Of a stretch of DNA of 34,085 nucleotides, positions 28,277 through 34,085 are shown piece after piece. The stretch comes from a virus. Where the stretch lies: IMG/VR virus record IMGVR_UViG_3300016675_000314; one strand, given 5' to 3'. The translations under genes and the position numbers were made by a program. The first letter of the stretch is position 1. The number at the start of each line of letters is the position of its first letter. The notes under the pieces are model-generated. The model was given only the letters and a program-made list of their open reading frames with translations, was not told the origin of the DNA and made no database searches.

Positions 28277-29656
28277 TTAGATAGAAGCAATATCTTGTTT
28301 ATACCATTCTTTACTACCAAGGACATCGTAGATGAACTTGGAAACACCGCCAATAAGGTTAGATAGATTGTTAAAGGTACTAAAGTAACCATCAACAATA
28401 GCTCTAGCTTCTAAAACCTGCAGTCTAGAAACAGCGTTAGTTGCCTTAAATGCTTGCTTAGCTAAATATACCGTTTGTTCGGCTTTAGACATAGCCGTCT
28501 GTTCACCGTCTTCATCAGTCACTGGAGCAGGTGCCGTTGGGTTAATAAACTCAGACAAGTCTTCAATAGAACCCATCACATACTTAGAAGTAAGTGCGTC
28601 GTACGCGCTCAGGGACTTCATAAGCGAATCGATCATATCTACAACATCATCTAGGTTAACATTGATATCACGATATTTGCCAAATGTCTTATGATCAAAC
28701 TCAATTGCCTCAGCACCAAATCTGAAAGAATCAAAAGTCTTTAAAACAGAAGACTTATCAGTTTGATTGTAAATAGCGGCGCTAGGAGTTGTTACGACCA
28801 AGTAAATACCAGCGATACCGACATCACTTGTATTAACATTCATTAAGCCATGCGCTAGTTCGTTATTGAGCTGGGCCTTTTCTTTGATCTTCTGAATAAA
28901 GTTAGTATCAAAGTCTTTAAGTTCTTTAAAGAACAACTCTTCACTAGCGCCTTTAGTAAAGAGAGCTGTAAAAGCTTCAATATAACGTTTCTTTTGAACA
29001 ACAATACTTTCAGCCAGCGCCATACTGAACATATCAAAATTACCAACAAGAGAAGTAAGCTCTTGTTTCATATGTCCGCTATCTTTAACCTGGTCTAATT
29101 GCGACGAAGTCTTGAAATCATCATGACCAACAGGCGCAAATAAAACAGGCTGCTGCTTAGCGTTAATAGTAGCGACTGTTCTAGTGGCGCTAGAACGCAG
29201 CTTAACCAACATAGTACGCAGTTTAGCTAACTGACCTTCATAGGTCTGCATTACAAACAAGAGACGCTTTAAACCGGCTTTAAATGCAGTATAGATGTTA
29301 TTGACCGAATCACCAATAGATTTAAACGCGTCTTTAATTTTATCAGTAATAGAGCTAACCATATCGATAAAATCTTCATTAGCCAGCGATTGTGTTTCAC
29401 CTGGTCCACTAGCCAAAGAATCAGCAATAGCAATAAGTTGTTTTTCAGTATCTGTCGGCGCCTCAATCTTAGAGACAACACTACCGAGTTCTACTAACCC
29501 ATCAATTCTATCGCTAGTATCAAGAGCTTCAATAATGGCTTGTTCTACGGCTATAGCTGCCTCTTGCACCAAAGATGTATCGATATGATTATTCATCTCT
29601 TTACTATCTGTGTCCGCATTATTGTTTTCAAAAGCAATAGTAAAACGTTTAGACAT
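28277..29656 (-). CDS. phiKZ-like internal head protein paralog
   Basis: Acidic N-terminal propeptide with AFE/AVE/ANE motifs, then an amphipathic helix (SLANEDFIDMVSSITDKIKDAF). Confidence 0.75.
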   Translation of the reverse strand: MSKRFTIAFENNNADTDSKEMNNHIDTSLVQEAAIAVEQAIIEALDTSDRIDGLVELGSVVSKIEAPTDTEKQLIAIADSLASGPGETQSLANEDFIDMVSSITDKIKDAFKSIGDSVNNIYTAFKAGLKRLLFVMQTYEGQLAKLRTMLVKLRSSATRTVATINAKQQPVLFAPVGHDDFKTSSQLDQVKDSGHMKQELTSLVGNFDMFSMALAESIVVQKKRYIEAFTALFTKGASEELFFKELKDFDTNFIQKIKEKAQLNNELAHGLMNVNTSDVGIAGIYLVVTTPSAAIYNQTDKSSVLKTFDSFRFGAEAIEFDHKTFGKYRDINVNLDDVVDMIDSLMKSLSAYDALTSKYVMGSIEDLSEFINPTAPAPVTDEDGEQTAMSKAEQTVYLAKQAFKATNAVSRLQVLEARAIVDGYFSTFNNLSNLIGGVSKFIYDVLGSKEWYKQDIASI

Positions 29657-29675
29657 TTTTTGATTTCCTTTAAAT
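29625..29675. repeat. 51-bp direct repeat, copy 1 (RBS plus MSKRFTIAFEN start)
   Basis: Identical to 31090-31140. Confidence 0.9.
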
Positions 29676-29712
29676 TGTTTAATTAAAATAATTTCATACT
29701 ATAAAAAAGAAT

Positions 29713-29750
29713 ATACACCACTGTGCGATATAAATCGCACAGTGGTGTAT
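29713..29750 (-). terminator. intergenic hairpin with T-run
   Basis: 17-bp inverted repeat atacaccactgtgcgat / atcgcacagtggtgtat. Confidence 0.75.
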
Positions 29751-29762
29751 TAATATTAATGT

Positions 29763-31121
29763 TTATTCTTTTGTTTTAGATGCAGCAATGGCTTTATTTA
29801 AAACAATCATACCAGAATGAAAGAGTCGTTCACCGTATTTACGACTAAACGAAACGTAGAACGCAGAATGATTAACGCCACGATTAAGTAAAACACTAGT
29901 GGCAGGTATGACGGTGCGCTCAGGGAATTTAACTCCAAGATTGCTTATTTTTACAGCGGTCCCGATTGTGATATTGCGCTTATACTCGCTATTAAGATAC
30001 TTCTTAATTTCATCAAGTAGCGTCTTTTGTGCGGCAATTAAACTCTTGAGTTGACTAGGAGTCATAGACATCTCAATAGTTGTTTTACCGCCAGTATTAA
30101 TTAACTTACTCTTATCCAAGAATTGTACCTTGGTGTTAATAATAGCGCTTCTAAGCTCAGAGTTACCGGCATCGGCATCCATTTCAGGAATATGGCGGGC
30201 TTTACTAACATCAATAACTACATTACCCAATAATTGAGGGGTCTTATAAAAGACCGCTTCGCTATTTTCATCGTATTTTTCAACGCCAGGTAAACCAATA
30301 ATGCTGTCAGCAAAAGCCTTGACGTAAGAGTCATAGAGCGGTTTGAATGCAGCCATGCGCGCTTCATTACCGGCAAAGAGCTTTGTATACCATTTAATGA
30401 AGTAACCAGTAAATGCTGTAACCGATGGAATTACAGAAGCCGTCCATTTCTTATAGAAATCAACAGCTTTACTGTATTGTGTTAAATACTCTTTAGCGTC
30501 AGTAACATGTTTTCCATTAACAAGAGTATAGTCAGAACCAGTAACGGTAAATTCAACAGTTTCAGTGATGGCTTGAATGGCTTGCTCTTTTTCAGCGAGT
30601 TGTTTTTCAAGATAACCAATAGTTTTAAAAATATTCTTTACAACAGTTACAAGCTTGTCGCCAATTACTTTAACACTGTCAAATACGGCAGTTAGAGCGT
30701 TCTTAATTTTTTCGCCAATAGCTTCGACAGCCAGCTGTTTATCTTTAAAAGATTCCAAAGAAGGAATAATTGCTTGTGCGTCAGCGTCTGTACCAGCAAC
30801 AGCCATATTAGCTGCAGTTTGAAGCATAGCAATATCTACGGACTCGCCTTCAGGCTTAGCTTCGACTTGAGCAGCGATATCTTCGAGATTATCGGTTACT
30901 TCAATAACTCTGTCATTGTCGACGATAGCCTCGTTAATCTCCGCCATGTCTTGTTCAATAGCAATTGATTCTTGAACATACTCTTGAACTGCATCAAGAC
31001 CAGTATCGCCAGCGGCTTCAGTATCAGCGGCAATATCTGTCTCAATTTCAAGAGGTTCGGCTATTTCTTGAACTTTTTGAACTTCTTCATTTTCAAAAGC
31101 AATAGTAAAACGTTTAGACAT
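29763..31121 (-). CDS. phiKZ-like internal head protein paralog
   Basis: Acidic propeptide, PSLESF...LAVEAIGEKIKNAL. Confidence 0.8.
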   Translation of the reverse strand: MSKRFTIAFENEEVQKVQEIAEPLEIETDIAADTEAAGDTGLDAVQEYVQESIAIEQDMAEINEAIVDNDRVIEVTDNLEDIAAQVEAKPEGESVDIAMLQTAANMAVAGTDADAQAIIPSLESFKDKQLAVEAIGEKIKNALTAVFDSVKVIGDKLVTVVKNIFKTIGYLEKQLAEKEQAIQAITETVEFTVTGSDYTLVNGKHVTDAKEYLTQYSKAVDFYKKWTASVIPSVTAFTGYFIKWYTKLFAGNEARMAAFKPLYDSYVKAFADSIIGLPGVEKYDENSEAVFYKTPQLLGNVVIDVSKARHIPEMDADAGNSELRSAIINTKVQFLDKSKLINTGGKTTIEMSMTPSQLKSLIAAQKTLLDEIKKYLNSEYKRNITIGTAVKISNLGVKFPERTVIPATSVLLNRGVNHSAFYVSFSRKYGERLFHSGMIVLNKAIAASKTKE

Positions 31122-31140
31122 TTTTTGATTTCCTTTAAAT
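31090..31140. repeat. 51-bp direct repeat, copy 2
   Basis: Identical to 29625-29675. Confidence 0.9.
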
Positions 31141-31154
31141 ACTTTATTTTAATC

Positions 31155-31194
31155 ACAATGGCGTTACTGTAACTATGTACAGTAACGCCATTGT
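31155..31194 (-). terminator. intergenic hairpin
   Basis: 17-bp inverted repeat acaatggcgttactgta / tacagtaacgccattgt. Confidence 0.72.
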
Positions 31195-31228
31195 TTAGAT
31201 GTTATTAATAACGTTATTAATCGGGTTT

Positions 31229-31284
31229 AACAGCGGCACTAAGTGCTGTTAAACCGAAACAGCGTCACTAAGTGCTGTTAAACC
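31229..31284. repeat. tandem duplication (29-nt period, 26/27 identical) across a stop codon
   Basis: aacagcggcactaagtgctgttaaacc / aacagcgtcactaagtgctgttaaacc. Confidence 0.85.
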
Positions 31285-32682
31285 AAATGCAGTACCGGCA
31301 GCTAAAACGCCGATGGCTGCGAAAATAACCGCAATAACGCCAACGACGGCCGAAATAACTCTACGGGTGTAGAACAAAATGGCCTTACCAACCTTAGTCA
31401 GCGAGCGACCTGCAGCACTAAACCAGCCACGCACCTTAGTAGCTGCGCGGCGGAACGTACCGCCCTTCTTTTCTTCATCAATCTTAGATGCCGCTTCAGC
31501 ATCCTTAACAAGCGTTGCCTGAACGTCGATTGTTTCCTTAGTAATTTCCGAAGCCTTTTCACCAAGATCAATCAGTTCTTCAGCGTCGTTGAGGGCTTGA
31601 TCAACTTCAGAAGCAGTGAAAGATTTAATCGTCACATCTTCAGGGTCTTCTTCTTCACCGACGTTAGTGATGTTGATGTCCATAGTTGCGGCAGCCTTGT
31701 AATACTGACCATCAATTTCCACCACACCAGGGCCAGTGACATCAACCTTAGCGTCACCAGGGAGTTGTTCAAGAATACCGACGACGACAGTACCGTCTTC
31801 ATTCTTTTCTTCAACCTTACCAAGAGCAGCCGTAGCGTCAACAAGAGGCTTAGGATTAATAGGGAACTCCAGCTTAGCGTCTTCTTGATCTGCGCGACCA
31901 TCCTTCAGCAGCTCCATAGGCTTAGCTTCAGCAATGGTTTTCTTACCAATACCAAACCAAGCGATAATCTTCTTGAAGAAATTCTTAGTATTTTGCAGGC
32001 CCTTGAAGAACAGTTCCTTAGTAAATTTACCACCCATCTTCATATTGGCCCAGATGCGGCGGGGGATCGAAATCTCAGGACCCATTTTCTCAAACTTGTC
32101 CTTATTCTCGTCCTTTGCTTTACGCAGCCCTTTGACCTTATTCTTCAACGAAGAGAAGCCGCCAACCATCTTATCAACAAGGCTTCGGATAAAGTCAATG
32201 CTTTTCTTAAACAGATCAACAATTGCCGCCCATGCCTTGCCTGCCATTTCACGAATGTTTTCAACAGCCAGCTTGGTAGCGTGCGCACGGCTGTTGATAC
32301 CGCCGTAGCTCTCCAGAGACAGCAGCACTCGCTTAGAAGGCTTCTTGCCGGTCAGATTCTTGATGTACGACTCGACCGCAACTTCAGCAACAGCGATAGT
32401 TTGAGGCAGTGCGCCACCTTCGGGCAGCGTAGCTTCCAATTCGTCTGCGACTGCTTCCAGATTTTCTGTGTCGCCTGTAGCACCTTCAATATCAACGGTC
32501 GTTTCTTCAACTGCGTCACCCAGTTCTTGAGTCTCTTCATCGACATCATGATTTTCCACGACTTGCTCGACGGGTTCGGTGTTTTCTACAACGGTCTCGG
32601 CAGGAGGTGTGACGACCACTTGTTCTTCGGCGTCTTCCAGAGACAAAATAGGGGTACGGTTGAAACGTTTACCATAAGTCAT
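31249..32682 (-). CDS. phiKZ-like internal head protein paralog with hydrophobic C-terminus
   Basis: LSLED, LSLESYGG...ATKLAVENIREMAGKAWAAIVDLFKK; acidic propeptide; AAGGA RBS. Confidence 0.82.
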   Translation of the reverse strand: MTYGKRFNRTPILSLEDAEEQVVVTPPAETVVENTEPVEQVVENHDVDEETQELGDAVEETTVDIEGATGDTENLEAVADELEATLPEGGALPQTIAVAEVAVESYIKNLTGKKPSKRVLLSLESYGGINSRAHATKLAVENIREMAGKAWAAIVDLFKKSIDFIRSLVDKMVGGFSSLKNKVKGLRKAKDENKDKFEKMGPEISIPRRIWANMKMGGKFTKELFFKGLQNTKNFFKKIIAWFGIGKKTIAEAKPMELLKDGRADQEDAKLEFPINPKPLVDATAALGKVEEKNEDGTVVVGILEQLPGDAKVDVTGPGVVEIDGQYYKAAATMDINITNVGEEEDPEDVTIKSFTASEVDQALNDAEELIDLGEKASEITKETIDVQATLVKDAEAASKIDEEKKGGTFRRAATKVRGWFSAAGRSLTKVGKAILFYTRRVISAVVGVIAVIFAAIGVLAAGTAFGLTALSDAVSV

Positions 32683-32736
32683 TTTTTATTTTCCTTCGAA
32701 GTGAAAAAATTGTTTAACAAAGCGCTTTGCTTAAGG

Positions 32737-32768
32737 AATAAATCCTCAAAAGATTACAGGGGTTTATT
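32737..32768 (-). terminator. weak intergenic hairpin
   Basis: aataaatcct ... ggggtttatt, imperfect. Confidence 0.4.
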
Positions 32769-34085
32769 AAGTAGTTTTTGCTTTATCAGTATAAATATTA
32801 GTACAAGTATTGGCATATCTAATACCTGCGGCTAAATACATATTACCATAAAGCATCATAGTTTGATTTGGATCGGCGTAAAATTTCTTAGTAAGTACCA
32901 CTAAAGAATTCATTAAATGTGCAGCTCTTCGCTTATATGCAGCAACATGTCTCATATTTGCTACTGCGGGCATTTTTTCAAATACTTCAGCCTCTTTTTT
33001 AAGTTTATCTACTAATTTAGTAATTTCGCCAAACTGAGTAATAAAGGACATAGCTACCGCTTCGGCGGCTTCCATTGATGTCAATACTTTTTGTAAATTA
33101 GACAAAAAGAGTTTTAGGTCATTTAAACTCATCACGCTAAGCGTCTCTCCGCCCAAAGCGTCTCTAGCGTCTTTATCACCAATTAAAATAATCTTAGATT
33201 CTAACACATCAGTAAAGGAGCCCGTATTGACCTCTGACTCTTTTGCAACCCAGCCTACTATCCGAACATTGCCTGGAATGACTTCAGAAGAGTATGTTAA
33301 TGCGCCTTTAAACGGTGGCTTATAATCCTTAATAAATGGTACATGTCTCATAAAACCAGGCAATGTGTCTTTAGTAAGACGAATTGTACCACCTGTATTT
33401 AAGACTAAAACACCATCGGCATCTTCTTCGTTTGTAAGATTATTAAGTTCTCTAATGTCTTGACTGTAAAGTGACGTTACAGACTTTAAGTATCCAGGGA
33501 AATTAGATCTAACATGATCAAAATACCCAATAATAACTTTCTCGACAATTAACGCATTCTTAATCAAGGATTTATTAGAAGTGTCGCTGCCGACGACTAA
33601 AGACTTATAACCACTAATAGGTATTTCTTTACTAACCTGTCCCTTATCAGTAATACTCTCTAAGTTTTTAAAAATATTATCAATATCGTCGGCTGCAATG
33701 TTGAGCTTAGATTTTTGAATCTGAATATTTTCTTTAATAGTAGAAGCAATTCTAGACACTAAATCAAGAATAAATTTCCAGATTTTAGACAATGCGTCTT
33801 TAACAGCGTTTGCTACACCAGTAAAATCCTCATTAGCAATAGTGTTTTGTACTTTGTACTTTTCTAGCAAGGCGTTAATTACACTTTGTTGCTCTGGTGT
33901 TAATTCTTTTTGCTTCTCGATATTGCAAGCTATGCATTCTAGCGCAGAAGCGTCATTGGTTGCTTCTTCTAATTCTTCAGCAGACTCATCTTTGTTTTCA
34001 AGCTCATCAACTGTTTCATCAAGAGAAGGAGTGTCTGATTGATCGACATCCTTTTCTTTATTTTGGTTGTTAATTTTAATTTCAA
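32767..34085 (-). CDS. phiKZ-like internal head protein paralog, N-terminus beyond the window
   Basis: Frame stays open from 33870 to the window end (EIKINNQNKEKDVDQSDTPSLDE...SALEC...); IANEDFTGVANAVKDALSKIWKFI. Confidence 0.78.
   Translation of the reverse strand, partial: EIKINNQNKEKDVDQSDTPSLDETVDELENKDESAEELEEATNDASALECIACNIEKQKELTPEQQSVINALLEKYKVQNTIANEDFTGVANAVKDALSKIWKFILDLVSRIASTIKENIQIQKSKLNIAADDIDNIFKNLESITDKGQVSKEIPISGYKSLVVGSDTSNKSLIKNALIVEKVIIGYFDHVRSNFPGYLKSVTSLYSQDIRELNNLTNEEDADGVLVLNTGGTIRLTKDTLPGFMRHVPFIKDYKPPFKGALTYSSEVIPGNVRIVGWVAKESEVNTGSFTDVLESKIILIGDKDARDALGGETLSVMSLNDLKLFLSNLQKVLTSMEAAEAVAMSFITQFGEITKLVDKLKKEAEVFEKMPAVANMRHVAAYKRRAAHLMNSLVVLTKKFYADPNQTMMLYGNMYLAAGIRYANTCTNIYTDKAKTT

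Noticed and set aside
31597-32835. 412-aa plus-strand ORF
   Set aside because: Antisense shadow of the codon-biased 477-aa head gene; no RBS, unnatural composition, opposite to all other genes.

Overview
AT-rich, densely coded, essentially all minus-strand segment that reads as a phiKZ-like (nucleus-forming type) jumbo phage genome; this is inferred from gene content and synteny, not from a database search. Left half: small hypothetical genes, an NAD-dependent DNA ligase, a tRNA cluster, a GC-rich cassette of small or membrane proteins, a radical SAM/SPASM enzyme, DHFR, thymidylate synthase, a DHH phosphoesterase and a Tad2/DUF2829-like protein. Right half: a virion module with three paralogous tail-type proteins, four phiKZ-like structural genes and a tandem array of internal-head paralogs with S/A-x-E protease-type motifs. 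Most intergenic gaps carry long perfect hairpins. The most striking structure is at 7103-7895, a 'tRNA inside a tRNA'. An outer tRNA-Leu(TAA) is split in its anticodon stem by a ~690-nt insert carrying an HNH endonuclease and a second, intact, diverged tRNA-Leu(TAA). The HNH stop codon lies inside the inner tRNA, and the whole unit is clamped by a 19-bp perfect inverted repeat. Next to it is a tRNA with a Thr (TGT) anticodon on a Ser-like long-variable-arm body.
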